From: Eledone cirrhosa
Lineage: Eukaryota
Direction: 5' to 3'
Assembly: GCA_964016885.1 (NCBI GenBank)
Contig: CAXHJY010001456.1
Span: 1 to 64,000 of the forward strand
Length of the DNA: 64,000 bases
Both the position numbers and the translations under genes were made by a program. Below, piece by piece: positions 45,757-64,000 of the stretch. Below the pieces are notes generated by a model. The model worked only from the letters and a program-made list of their open reading frames with translations, was not told the DNA's origin and did not search any database. Numbering within the stretch: the stretch's first letter is position 1; each line of letters opens with the position of its first letter.

Positions 45757-47651
45757 ATTGTTATATTTGGGGAGGGTCATATTTGCGTAATATTGCCAGA
45801 ATTAATAACAGAACACACTCACTGTTTGGTTGGTTTTCGCTTCTCGCTGTCTTTTATATATATATATCTGCGATCTAGCTTACTCGGTCCTCAATGTTGC
45901 CATTGACTGACCGGCGGTCAAAAATAATACAGATACAATATAGACAAACACATATATATATAGTTTACATAAATCTTTCGTTGCACATCTGCAACATCGT
46001 CAGTGGTGTTATATTCATTGTTCCTCCTGTTGTGTTGTATGTCTACGCCATTTTTTTTGTTCAGTCTGTCTATATATTTATTTATTTATTTGCTTGTTTG
46101 TTTATCTTATTTTATTTTGTCTTCTTTGCGCATGCGTTTGCGTGTGTGTATAGTGTTATGTGTGATGTGTGATGTGTGACTAGTGTGTATAGTGTTGTCT
46201 GCTGGGTGACTAGTGTGTGTTTATGTGCTTGTGTATGTATTTATTTATCTTATTTTATTTAATTTAATTTACTTATTTATTTATACTTCTCTTAGGTCAG
46301 TGTTGTTTGTTTGGGTGTTGTTGTTGTTCCACTCATTCTTTCTGTTTAGCTTTGGTCTTCTAATTTCTATTTCACTGGCCTCTCTGATTTGCCTATCTGC
46401 TGGGTCATTCCTATGTTTAGATATTATTCTAATTTCTATGTTGTCTATGTTACCGTCATGATGTTGTCTAGCATGTTCGTATAGTACTGACCCGTTTTTT
46501 CGTCCTTTTAGTTCCCCCCAGTGTTGGTCTATCCTTTCACCTATGCTACGAGCTGTCTCACCTATGTATGTTGTTGTCGTGTTTCTGCAAGTACCCTCTG
46601 TACATCTTATGCTATAGACTACGTTTCTAGTTTTACAGTTTATCCGGGGGTTCACCTTACATATGATACATTTCCTATTGGTACAGTGGGTTTTCTTAAA
46701 AGGGTAGGTTTTGCTGATCAGGGATTTTATGGTGGTTCCTGGCTTTTCTACCACCTTTATTTTTAAGTGGGTCTTTCTCAGGGCCTTTCTACACTGGTTA
46801 GCTAATTTCCCTCCAGGGGTGGCGTCCACAAACATGACACTCTGATATCTCTGGTTGTCGTACCATGATGTGGCCTTCCCTATCTTATGTCTAGCCCTAT
46901 CTAAGCTATTCCATGATTTGCTCCTGTATAGTGGGCAAATTCCTTTCATGTCCAGTTCTATGAGGGTCTTATACTTTTCCATGGCTCCTTCGTATACTCT
47001 GACTCTGTCTCTTTGGTTGTAGCCAGAGAACTGCATGCGGTTGATGAAGTGTTGGATGTGTCCTTCCATTTCTGTTGGGTCGCACATGCTGGACACATTC
47101 TTCATCACTCGTACCAAATCTGCGATCAGAATATTAAACTTAGCACTACTGGACATTGCTGAGTTTTTGAGTATCAGGTATTTGGAGGCCATGGGTTTAG
47201 CATAGTGTGAGTGGAGAATTTGGGCTCTCTCGTCTATAGTGTTAATCCAGAGTTCTGTGTCTAATACAGGTAGTCTATTGTTAGGGTGTTTGGAAGGGAA
47301 GTCTATAGTTACAGTTATACTCTGGTGTATGGAATTAGCTATCTGCTGGATGCTTTCCATCGTGCTACGTTCTAAATCAAACTTGTTAGTGCTGTCTAGT
47401 GGGGGTGTTCTTATAACTATATTGATATCGTCTACATAACGAGAGTACATGATGAGGTCTATGGAGCTTTCATTAAGGAGATCTTTAAGTCTCCTTTCCC
47501 ACCATACCATGAAAAGGTTGGCAACATCGCCAGCTATGCTGACGCCGATGGCTGCTCCCTCATTTTTTTCCAAGCGAAAACCAACCAAACAGTGAGTGTG
47601 TTCTGTTATTAATTCTGGCAATATTACGCAAATATGACCCTCCCCAAATAT

Positions 47652-47657
<6 letters not shown>
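45757..47657 (-). mobile_element. PLE family K, 5'-truncated in the RT, with an inverted ~85-bp pLTR end (47573-47657); HHR at 45967-46007
   Basis: The ORF is a divergent relative of family A. Terminal sequence is repeated in inverted orientation. Confidence 0.92.
46281..47565 (-). CDS. Truncated PLE RT-GIY-YIG ORF (family K)
   Basis: EGAAIGVSIAGD, YVDD, LPVLD and VVYSIRC..YIGET. The first ~19 codons of the ORF-track call come from the inverted pLTR. Confidence 0.88.
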
Positions 47658-47730
<73 letters not shown>

Positions 47731-48133
47731 CAATATTAAATAAATGGAAACTATATTTATAAAACCATATTTATTTCATTATATATATTTCAGGGATATC
47801 ATATTAACAATATGCTATGCCTTCCTCAGACAAAATACAATATAAACAGTTGAATTGGCACTGCCAATTCAACTTTTCAAATACAAGTCGATGTTGTTAC
47901 GGTATGTCAAATCTATTTATCTATAAAACTGTTTATATTGTATTTTGTCTGAGGAAGGCATAGCATATTGTTAATATGATATCCCTGAAATATATATAAT
48001 GAAATAAATATGGTTTTATAAATATAGTTTCCATTTATTTAATATTGTAAATATACTCCAAATACTTGTCGAGTGCTTTTATATCAGTTATAAATATTTA
48101 CTAGTTGTAACCCAACAATTTAAATATAACTTT

Positions 48134-48137
<4 letters not shown>
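47731..48137. mobile_element. Family E hairpin mini-element
   Basis: Arms 47731-47850 and ~47926-48047 are inverted. A perfect palindrome AGTTGAATTGGCA-C-TGCCAATTCAACT lies at 47848-47874. Confidence 0.85.
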
Positions 48138-48206
<69 letters not shown>

Positions 48207-48209
48207 AAT

Positions 48210-48282
<73 letters not shown>

Positions 48283-48289
48283 TATATAT

Positions 48290-49232
48290 ATTTCGTTTGT
48301 GAATTTGTTTAGCAAGATTCTTTATCTGAAATCGTGTGTTGAAACCGATATTGTTATATTTTGGGAGGGTCATGTTGCCAATAAGAAACACACGCACCAG
48401 TTGCTTTCACTTCAATTTATTATATATTTATAAATTTATAAATTTACAAATCTACAAACTTATAAATTTCTGGTTGGTTGGTTGGTTCCACAACCAGATA
48501 GTTGTTTATATATATAGTCATAGTCCTTTCGTCACACACACTGTGACCTCTTCAGTGACTGGGGATTCCTTTCTTCGTTTCTGTGCTTTTCCTTTCTTCT
48601 ATCCTACGCCATTTTGTTTCTGCGTGTGTGTTGTGTGCTCAGTTTGCGCATGCGCCACATCCGGGTGTCTGTGTGTGTTTGTGTTCATTTTTCTATTTAT
48701 TTATTTATTTATTTATTTATTTAGTTGGTTGGTTGTTTGTTCTATGTGTGTGTGTGTTTTCATTTTGTCCTGTGTGTGTTTGTGTTTTCATTTTGTGTGT
48801 GTTTTCATTTTGTCCTTAATTGTAAGTTGTTTGTTCTATGTGTGTGTGTGTTTTCATTTTTTCCTTAATTGTAAGTTGTGATGTTGCTGTTCCATCATAA
48901 ATAAACAAATAGAAAAATGAACACAAACACACACACGGATGTGGCGCATGCGCAAACTGAGCACACAACACACACACAGAAACAAAATGGCGTAGGATAG
49001 AAGAAAAGAAAGGCACAGAAACGAAGAAAGGAATCCCCAGTCACTGAAGAGGTCACAGAGCGTGTGACGAAAGGACTATGACTATATATAAACAACTATC
49101 TGGTTGTGGAACCAACCAACCAACCAGAAATTTATAAGTTTGTAAATTTGTAAATATATAATAAATTGAAGTGAAAGCAACTGGTGCGTGTGTTTCTTAT
49201 TGGCAACATGACCCTCCCAAAGTATAACAATA
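48290..49232. mobile_element. Family A mini-element: two inverted pLTR ends, essentially no ORF
   Basis: 48290-48893 is the reverse complement of the family A 3' end. 48898-49232 is a + partial pLTR. Confidence 0.9.
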
Positions 49233-49269
49233 TATACACATATACACATATACACATATACACATATAC

Positions 49270-49326
<57 letters not shown>

Positions 49327-50037
49327 AATACATACACACATAAATACATACATACATACATAAATACATAAATACATACATACATAAATATATACATACA
49401 TAAATATATACATACATAAATATATACATACATAAATATATACATACATAAATATATACATACATAAATATATACATACATAAATATATACATACATAAA
49501 TATATACATGCATATATACATACATGCATGCATACATACATACATACATACATACATACATACATACATACATACATACATACATACATACATACATACA
49601 TACATAAATACATACATACATATATAAATACATACATACATATATAAATATATACATATATATATAAATATATACATATATATATACATATATACATATA
49701 TATATACATATATACATATATATATACATATATACATATATACATATATATATACATATATACATATATATATACATATATACATATATATAAATATATA
49801 TACATATATATAAATATATACATATATATAAATATATACATATATATATAAATATATACATATATATATAAATATATACATATATATATAAATATATACA
49901 TATATATATAAATATATACATATATATATAAATATATACATATATATATAAATATATACATATATATATAAATATATATATATATATAAATATATATAAA
50001 TATATATAAATATATATATAAATATATATAAATATAT

Positions 50038-50068
<31 letters not shown>

Positions 50069-50099
50069 AATATATATAAATATATATATATATATAAAT

Positions 50100-50130
<31 letters not shown>

Positions 50131-50145
50131 AATATATATAAATAT

Positions 50146-50198
<53 letters not shown>

Positions 50199-50519
50199 AA
50201 TATATATATATAAATATATATAAATATATAAATATATATAAATATATATAAATATATATAAATATATATAAATATATATAAATATATATAAATATATATA
50301 AATATATATAAATATATATAAATATATATAAATATATATAAATATATAAATATATATAAATATATATAAATATATATAAATATATATATAAATATATATA
50401 TATATATAAATATATATATAAATATATATATATATAAATATATATATATATAAATATATATATATATAAATATATATATATATAAATATATATATATATA
50501 AATATATATATATATAAAT

Positions 50520-50568
<49 letters not shown>

Positions 50569-50597
50569 AATATATAAATATATATATATATATAAAT

Positions 50598-50628
<31 letters not shown>

Positions 50629-50657
50629 AATATATATAAATATATATATATATATAA

Positions 50658-50702
<45 letters not shown>

Positions 50703-50809
50703 TAAATATATATAAATATATATATATATATATAAATATATATAAATATATATATATATATATAAATATATATAAATATATATATATATATATAAATATA
50801 TATAAATAT

Positions 50810-50874
<65 letters not shown>

Positions 50875-50875
50875 A

Positions 50876-50938
<63 letters not shown>

Positions 50939-50947
50939 TATATATAA

Positions 50948-50978
<31 letters not shown>

Positions 50979-51279
50979 AATATATATATAAATAAATATA
51001 TATATATAAATAAATATAAATATATATAAATAAATATATAAATATATATAAATAAATATATAAATATATATATATAAATAAATATAAATATATATAAATA
51101 AATATATAAATATATATATATAAATAAATATAAATATATATAAATAAATATATATATATAAATAAATGTAAATATATAAATAAATATAAATATATATATA
51201 AATAAATATAAATATAAATATATATAAATATAAATATATATAAATAAATATAAATATATATATATATAAATAAATATAT

Positions 51280-51336
<57 letters not shown>

Positions 51337-51371
51337 AATATATATATATAAATAAATAAATATATATAAAT

Positions 51372-51436
<65 letters not shown>

Positions 51437-51497
51437 TATATATATATAAATATATATATATATAAATATATATATAAATATATATATAAATATATAT
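49233..51497. repeat. (CA)n/(TACA)n/(TA)n compound microsatellite
   Basis: Seen directly in the sequence. Confidence 0.97.
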
Positions 51498-52372
51498 AAC
51501 CATGTGCGTCACGCCGTCTTTTAAATTATTTAGAAGTGAAGCATATCAATTTGTCTCTGGATGTTTACTGAGGAGAGCAGGACATGATATTCCTACACTT
51601 ATTTAACTCGAAACATATTTGGATCTTAAAGTTTAAACTTATCTACCTAACAGGTTTGATTTTGAAATTTAAATGTGACTAAACATCACGGCCTCTTGGC
51701 AATACAGTTCGTCTTCGTTGATTTATTATTTTAAATCGATATGGACGAACTGTAGTATAATAATTAGTATACTTCAATCTGCCTAAATTTTTCTTTTGCA
51801 ATATATATACAGATGTGTTGGTATCTGTGTTTCATCACATACATATTAATTTATACACTGCTCAGGGGGTATTTTCCTCCTTCGAGCTGATTCCATTGTA
51901 AAAGATTTCATTACCTTATTAATTTTAACTGCTCCTAGTTTGAGCTGCAAGCCGCCTCATATATACGACGGTTATTTCTAGCAGTACGGTTATGAGACTA
52001 GTTGGATACTGTAAAACCATGTGCGTCACGCAGTCTTTTAAATTATTTAGAAGTGAAGCATATCAATTTGTCTCTGGATGTTTACTGAGGAGTGCAGGGC
52101 ATGATATTCCTACACTTATTTAACTCGAAACATATTTGGATCTTAAAGTTTAAACTTATCTACGGAACAGGTTTGATTTTGAAATTTAAATGTGTCTAAA
52201 CATCACGGATTCTTGGGTAATACAGTTCGTCTTCGTTGATTTATTATTTTAAATCGATATGGACAAACTGTAGTATAATAATTAGTATACTTCAATCTAG
52301 CCTAAATTTTTCTTTTGCACTATATATACAGATGTGTTGGTATCTGTGTTTCATCACATACATATTAATTTA
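51498..52372 (+). mobile_element. ~1.7 copies of a ~517-bp unit with probable hammerheads (51563-51624, 52080-52141)
   Basis: 'accatgtgcgtcacgc' occurs at ~51499 and ~52016. HHR reads GTTTA-CTGAGGA-GAG..CTC-GAA-ACATAT-T-TGGAT, with a G.U-rich stem I. Confidence 0.7.
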
Positions 52373-57023
<4,651 letters not shown>

Positions 57024-57420
57024 TGTAGGAGGTGTTTTATTGTAGTACAATAAAGCAATGCAGATATCGGATAAGAAGCACTCTACAGTTTGTAGGACTG
57101 GAGTATACATAATATAAGATCAAAAGATGGTTAAAGGAGTTCCATGTATTTTATTATGCGCATTTCAAAAACAAACACCATCATGCAATAATATTTGTGT
57201 TTTCATCAGATAAAACAGGAGAACATGATATGAAGGCTAAAAAACACCTGTGGACAGTGCAGTTGATTTAAAACTGCACTGTCCACAGGTGTTTTTTAGC
57301 CTTCATATCATGTTCTCCTGTTTTATCTGATGAAAACACAAATATTATTGCATGATGATGTTTGTTTTTGAAATGCGCATAATAAAATACATGGAACTCC
57401 TTTAACCATCTTTTGATCTC
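57024..57420. mobile_element. Family G palindromic mini-element (two pLTR ends, junction ~57265)
   Basis: ~57117-57264 is an inverted repeat of ~57272-57419. Each arm carries an HHR. Confidence 0.9.
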
Positions 57421-57453
57421 ATATATATAAATATATATATATATATTTATATA

Positions 57454-57540
<87 letters not shown>

Positions 57541-57562
57541 TTATATTTATATATATATATAA

Positions 57563-58058
57563 AGGAACGATCGACTTTCGTCAAATCGGACCGAGGGAAC
57601 AATGTTTCGGTTGGTCTTTCCAATTGCTACTACTATCTATCGGTCGCAACTCCAGGTAGAAGGATATACGATATTAATAAATGGAAACTATATTTATAAA
57701 ACCATATATTGTATTGTGCCTTCTTCAGACATAATACAATATATAACAGTTTTACAAATAAGCTTTGACGTACCCTTTTAACATGCAACCATTATTTTTG
57801 GAAGCCATCAGGTTGCATTTTAAAAGGATACGTCAAAGCTTATCTGTAAAACTGTTATATATTGTATTTTGTCTGATGAAGGCATACCATAATTTAATTT
57901 GGTATCCCTGAAATATGTATAATGAAATAAATATGGTTTTATAAATATAGTTTCCATTTATTAATATCGTATATCTACTCCAAATACTTGTCGAGTGCTT
58001 TATATCAGTTATAAAAATATTTACTTGTTGTATCCCAACAATTTAAATAGAACTTTTT
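57563..58058. mobile_element. Family E variant hairpin mini-element; the left arm is partly deleted and preceded by ~100 bp of unassigned sequence
   Basis: Inverted arms around ~57800. Intact HHR at 57865-57929. Confidence 0.78.
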
Positions 58059-58100
58059 TATATATATATATATATATTTATATATATTTATATATATATT

Positions 58101-59040
58101 TAGTAATAATAATACATATGAAGACTAAAATCCAAAGAGGGCTCGATAGGGATAAATATATATCAATTATATAAGAACCGTAGAGCAAATATTTATTAAA
58201 ACAACAGATTAAAGCTTTAATGGGATGTTCTGGTACTAAAAAAAAAAAAAAAATCAATCTGTGAACACAGAAATAAATATTTCAAAAAATGTTGCAACCA
58301 AAGGAAGACAGGAAGACGATACTTTGGTTCGTGATGACGTACTTTTAGGTATTTCATCCTGCTTGGTACGGGTATGTTCTTTGTAGAAATATTCAGATGT
58401 TTCTGCATGATGAATATAAGTCAATAGAGTACTCAGTCAAGGGATCCAAATAGTAATAATAAAAAATTTGAAGACTAACATCCAAAGAGGGCTCGATAAG
58501 GATAAATATATATCAAATATATAAGAACCGGAGCGCAAATATTTATTAAAATAACAGATTAAAGTTTAAGCAAAGAATCGGCTGCTTTCACCCTTAATGG
58601 GATCTTCTGAAACTATAAAAAAAAAAAAATCAATCTGTGAACGCAGAAGTAAATATTTCGAAAAACGTTGCAACCGAAGGAAGACAGGAAGGCGATACTT
58701 TGGTTCGTGGATACGTAGTTTTAGGTATTTCTTCCTGCTTGGTACGTGTATATTCTTTGTAGAAATATTCAGATGTTTCTGCATGATGAATATAAGTCAA
58801 TAGAGTACTCAATCAAGGGAGCCAAATAGTAATAATAATAAATTTGAAGACTAACATCCAAAGAGAGCTCGATAAAGATAAATAAATATCAAATATAAAA
58901 GAACCGTAGAGTTAAAATAACAGATTAAAGTTTAAGCAAAGAATCGGCTGCTTTCACCCTTAATGGGATCTTCTGAAACTATTAAAAAAAAAAAAAAAAA
59001 AAAAAAAATTAATCTGAACACAGAAGTAAATATTTTTAAG
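58101..59040 (-). repeat. Diverged tandem repeat (~350-375 bp, ~2.6 copies) containing a PLE-like ORF start
   Basis: Units start at 58101, 58451 and 58827. The minus strand reads MQKHLNISTKNIPVPSRMKYLK. Confidence 0.75.
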
Positions 59041-59199
59041 CAGACCTTTCCCAAATGCACCTCTCAAGGGCAATGACACACAACCATGACCTCTGGCGTC
59101 ACACAGTAATACAGAAGACCCGACTTTCCACAGGAACATATAGACAATATTTGTTTTCCTTTGTTTTTTTATGTGTCCTATCAACTAATCCGACCTCCA

Positions 59200-60897
59200 A
59201 AATGCTTGCAATTGACTATTTTTTTTAGCATATTAACAACAAATATGATTTCCACTGCAATTAAAAATGACTAGCTTTGTGAATGGTTTTTCCAGCCACT
59301 TTCTGCCTTATTTTTCTACAAAGCTAATCATTGACGATAGGTTTCAAAGTTATATTCATTCATAATATGTGAAAAAAATAGTCAACTGCGAGCATTGGTG
59401 TGATGTAAATGGTAGGAGTAGGTGTTCTGTAATAAATTTACCATATAGTGAAGTATGGTTATGGTGAATTTATGGGGTGGATTGGGGTAGATTAATGTGC
59501 TGTGGTGTGCTTTGTTATAAGTGGGGATTTCAATTTCAACTTTGATTTATGTTAGAAAAAAATATTTCCTTCATTTTTGCATGTGCTATCAACTTACAAG
59601 ATGCTCACAGTGGACTATGCTTTTAACATATTAACAAAAAATATGACTTCCGCTGCAATAAAAAATGGCTAGCTTTGTAAATGGTATTTCCACCCACATC
59701 CTCCCTCTTTTTTCTACAAAGCTAGTCATTTTCATCAGGTTTCCATGTCATAACCATTAATAATATGTGCATAAAATAGTAATTTGCGAGCACCTTTGAT
59801 GTCAAATTGGGTGGTAAGAACAAAAAAAAGAAAAAAGAAAAAATGCCAGATGAAAATTTGTCACACCAAAATCAATAACTTGGTGTGATCTAGTATGGTG
59901 TAGTTTGGTGAAGTTTCTACAAAGATAGTCATTTTCGATAGGTTTCCATGTCATAATTATTGATATGTGAAAAATAAAAGTAAATTGGGAGCACCTTTAA
60001 TGTCAGATTGGGTGGTGAGCGCACAGAAAAAAAAAAAGGAAACGGGGAAAAAAATTTTTCACACCAAGATCAATAGCTTTGTGCGATGTAGTATGGTGTA
60101 TCTTGGTATGGTGTGGTGAAGTTATGAAATGGAAACCAATTGTAAACGATAGATTCCCATGTCATATTCATTGATAATGTGTGGGAAAATAGTCATTTGC
60201 AAGCACCTTTGATGTTAGTTTGAGGTGGTAACAAAAAAAAAAAAAAAAAAAAAAAAAGCAGGTAGCAAATTTGTCACAGTGATTTCCATACCATGGTGTG
60301 ATGTAAATGGTAGGTGTTATGTAATAAATTTACCATATAGTGAAGTCTATGGTGTGGATTGGGGTAGATTAATGTGCTGTGATGTGCTTTGTTATAAGTG
60401 GGGATTTCAATTTCAACTTTGATTTACGTTAGAAAAAAATTTTTCCTTCATTTTTGCATGTGCTATCAACTTCCAAGATGCTCGCAGTGGACTATGCTTT
60501 TAACATATTAACAAAAAATATGACTTCCGCTGCAATAAAAAATGGCTAGCTTTGTAAATGGTATTTCCACCCACATCCTCCCACTTTTATCTACAAAGCT
60601 AGTCATTTTGATCAGGTTTCCATGTCATAACCATTAATAATATGTGCATAAAATAGTAATTTGCGAGCCTCTTTTATGTCAAATTAAGCACAAAATAAAA
60701 ATTAAAAAAATTTAAAAAAATGCCAGATGAAAATTTGTCACACCAAAATCAATATCTTGGTGTGATGTAGTATGGTGTGGTTTGGTGAAGTTTCTACAAA
60801 GATAGTAATTTTCGATAGGTTTCCATGTCATAATTATTGATAAGTGGAAAAAAAAATAGTCAATTGGGAGCACCTTTAATGTGCAGATTGGGTGGTA

Positions 60898-60949
<52 letters not shown>

Positions 60950-63900
60950 AAAAAGGAAACGGGGAGAAAATGTTTCACACCAAGATCAATAGCTGGGTGT
61001 GATGTAGTATGGTGTATCTTGGTTTGGTGTGGCTTGGTTTGGTTTGGTGAAGTTATGAAATGGAAACCAATTGTAAACGATAGATTCCCATGTCATATTC
61101 ATTGATAATGTGTGGGAAAATAGTCATTTGCAAGCACCTTTGATGTTAGTTTGAGGTGGTAACCAAAAAAAAAAAAATAAAAAGCAGGTAGCAAATTTGT
61201 CACATTGATCTCCATACCATCGTGTTCTGTAATAAATTTACCATATAGTGAAGTATGGTTATGGTGAATTTATGGTGTGGATTGGGGTAGATTAATGTTC
61301 TGTGGTGTGCTTTGTTATAAGTGAGGATTTAAATTTCCACTTTGATTTATGTGAGAAAAAAAATTTTTCCTTCATTTTTGCATGTGCTATCAACTTCCAA
61401 GATGCTCGCAGTGGACTATGCTTTTAACATATTAACAAAAAATATGACTTCCGCTGCAATAAAAAATGGCTAGCTTTGTAAATGGTATTTCCACCCACAT
61501 CCTCCCTCTTTTATCTACAAAGCTAGTCATTTTCATCAGGTTTCCATGTCATAACCATTAATAATATGTTCATAAAATAGTAATTTGCGAGCCCCTTTTA
61601 TGTCAAATTAAGCAGAAAATAAAAATTAAAAAAATTTAAAAAAATGCCAGATAAAAATTTGTCACACCAAAATCAATATCTTGGTGTGATGTAGTATGGT
61701 GTGGTTTGGTGAAGTTTCTACAAAGATAGTCATTTTCGATAGGTTTCCATGTCATAATTATTGATAAGTGGAAAAAAAAATAGTCAATTGGGAGCACCTT
61801 TAATGTCAGATTGGGTGGTAAGCACACACACAAAAAAAAGGAAACGGGGAGAAAATGTTTCACACCAAGGTCAATAGCTTGGTGTGATGTAGTATGGTGT
61901 ATCTTGGTTTGGTGTGGTTTGGTTTGGTGAAGTTATGAAATGGAAACCAATTGTACACGATAGATTCCCATGTCATATTCATTGATAATGTGTGGGAAAA
62001 TAGTCATTTGCAAGCACCTTTGATGTTAGTTTGAGGTGGTAACCAAAAAAAAAAAATAAAAAGCAGGTAGCAAATTTGTCACATTGATCTCCATACCATC
62101 GTGTTCTGTAATAAATTTACCATATAGTGAAGTATGGTTATGGTGAATTTATGGTGTGGATTGGTGTAGATTAATGCGCTGTGGTGTGCTTTGTTATAAG
62201 TGAGGATTTAAATTTCCACTTTGATTTATGTGAGAAAAAAAATTTTTCCTTCATTTTTGCATGTGCTATCAACTTCCAAGATGCTCGCAGTGGACTATGC
62301 TTTTAACATATTAACAAAAAATATGACTTCCGCTGCAATAAAAAATGGCTAGCTTTGTAAATGGTATTTCCACCCACATCCTCCCTCTTTTTTCTACAAA
62401 GCTAGTCATTTTCATCAGGTTTCCATGTCATAACCATTAATAATATGTGCATAAAATAGTAATTTGCGAGCACCTTTGATGTCAAATTGGGTGGTAAGCA
62501 CAAAAAAAAGAAAAAAGAAAAAATGCCAGATGAAAATTTGTCACACCAAAATCAATAACTTGGTGTGATCTAGTATGGTGTAGTTTGCTGAAGTTTCTAC
62601 AAAGATAGTCATTTTCGATAGGTTTCCATGTCATAATTATTGATATGTGAAAAATAAAAGTAAATTGGGAGCACCTTTAACGTCAGATTGGGTGGTGAGC
62701 GCACAGAAAAAAAAAAACGAAACGGGGAAAAAAAATTTTTCACACCAAGATCAATAGCTTTGTGCAATGTAGTATGGTGTATCTTGGTATGGTGTGGTGA
62801 AGTTATGAAATGGAAACCAATTGTAAACGATAGATTCCCATGTCATATTCATTGATAATGTGTGGGAAAATAGTCATTTGCAAGCACCTTTGATGTTAGT
62901 TTGAGGTGGTAACCAAAAAAAAAAAAAATAAAAAGCAGGTAGCAAATTTGTCACATTGATCTCCATACCATCGTGTTCTGTAATAAATTTACCATATAGT
63001 GAAGTATGGTTATGGTGAATTTATGGTGTGGATTGGGGTAGATTAATGTTCTGTGGTGTGCTTTGTTATAAGTGAGGATTTAAATTTCCACTTTGATTTA
63101 TGTGAGAAAAAAAATTTTTCCTTCATTTTTGCATGTGCTATCAACTTCCAAGATGCTCGCAGTGGACTATGCTTTTAACATATCAACAAAAAATATGACT
63201 TCCGCTGCAATAAAAAATGGCTAGCTTTGTAAATGGTATTTCCACCCACATCCTCCCTCTTTTTTCTACAAAGCTAGTCATTTTCATCAGGTTTCCATGT
63301 CATAACCATTAATAATATGTGCATAAAATAGTAATTTGCGAGCACCTTTGATGTCAAATTGGGTGGTAAGCACAAAAAAAAGAAAAAAGAAAAAATGCCA
63401 GATGAAAATTTGTCACACCAAAATCAATAACTTGGTGTGATCTAGTATGGTGTAGTTTGCTGAAGTTTCTACAAAGATAGTCATTTTCGATAGGTTTCCA
63501 TGTCATAATTATTGATATGTGAAAAATAAAAGTAAATTGGGAGCACCTTTAACGTCAGATTGGGTGGTGAGCGCACAGAAAAAAAAAAAACGAAACGGGG
63601 GAAAAAAAATTTTTCACACCAAGATCAATAGCTTTGTGCAATGTAGTATGGTGTATCTTGGTATGGTGTGGTGAAGTTATGAAATGGAAACCAATTGTAA
63701 ACGATAGATTCCCATGTCATATTCATCGATAATGTGTGGGAAAATAGTCATTTGCAAGCACCTTTGATGTTAGTTTGAGGTGGTAACCAAAAAAAAAAAA
63801 ATAAAAAGCAGGTAGCAAATTTGTCACATTGATCTCCATACCATCGTGTTCTGTAATAAATTTACCATATAGTGAAGTATGGTTATGGTGAATTTATGGT

Positions 63901-64000
63901 GTGGATTGGGGTAGATTAATGTTCTGTGGTGTGCTTTGTTATAAGTGAGGATTTAAATTTCCACTTTGATTTATGTGAGAAAAAAAATTTTTCCTTCATT
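59200..64000. repeat. Satellite with a ~870-930-bp unit built from diverged ~200-bp subunits; runs off the window
   Basis: 'ccatcgtgttctgtaataaa' occurs at 61217, 62096, 62968 and 63841. 'ttccatgtcata'-type motifs recur about every 200 bp within part of each unit. Confidence 0.93.

Noticed and set aside
59040-59145. GC-richer island reading ADLSQMHLSRAMTHNHDLWRHTV, resembling an RTE LINE C-terminus or an exon
   Set aside because: It is too short to support without a database search.

Overview
AT-rich, apparently eukaryotic (probably invertebrate) repeat DNA with no recognisable host gene. Long (TA)n microsatellites carry many retroelement insertions. These include Penelope-like elements (PLEs: RT plus C-terminal GIY-YIG endonuclease) from at least five coding families, two copies of a CR1-group LINE, several non-coding mini-elements, and tandem arrays with 310, ~470, ~517, ~552 and 616 bp units. 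A ~875-bp satellite fills the last 4.8 kb. The main signal is RNA structure. By eye I count about 52 minimal type I hammerhead ribozyme (HHR) motifs from about 14 distinct sequence families, most with a family-specific palindromic stem III. Three families carry a compensatory U3-A8 core, and the 20-copy 310-bp array carries a GUG cleavage triplet. Most insertions are 'tail-out': two 3' ends face outward into (TA)n around an internal inversion. My inference is a community of (TA)n-targeting PLEs plus non-autonomous retrozyme-like passengers. Family letters (A, E, G, etc.) are my own labels. All folds and alignments were done by eye and boundaries are approximate.
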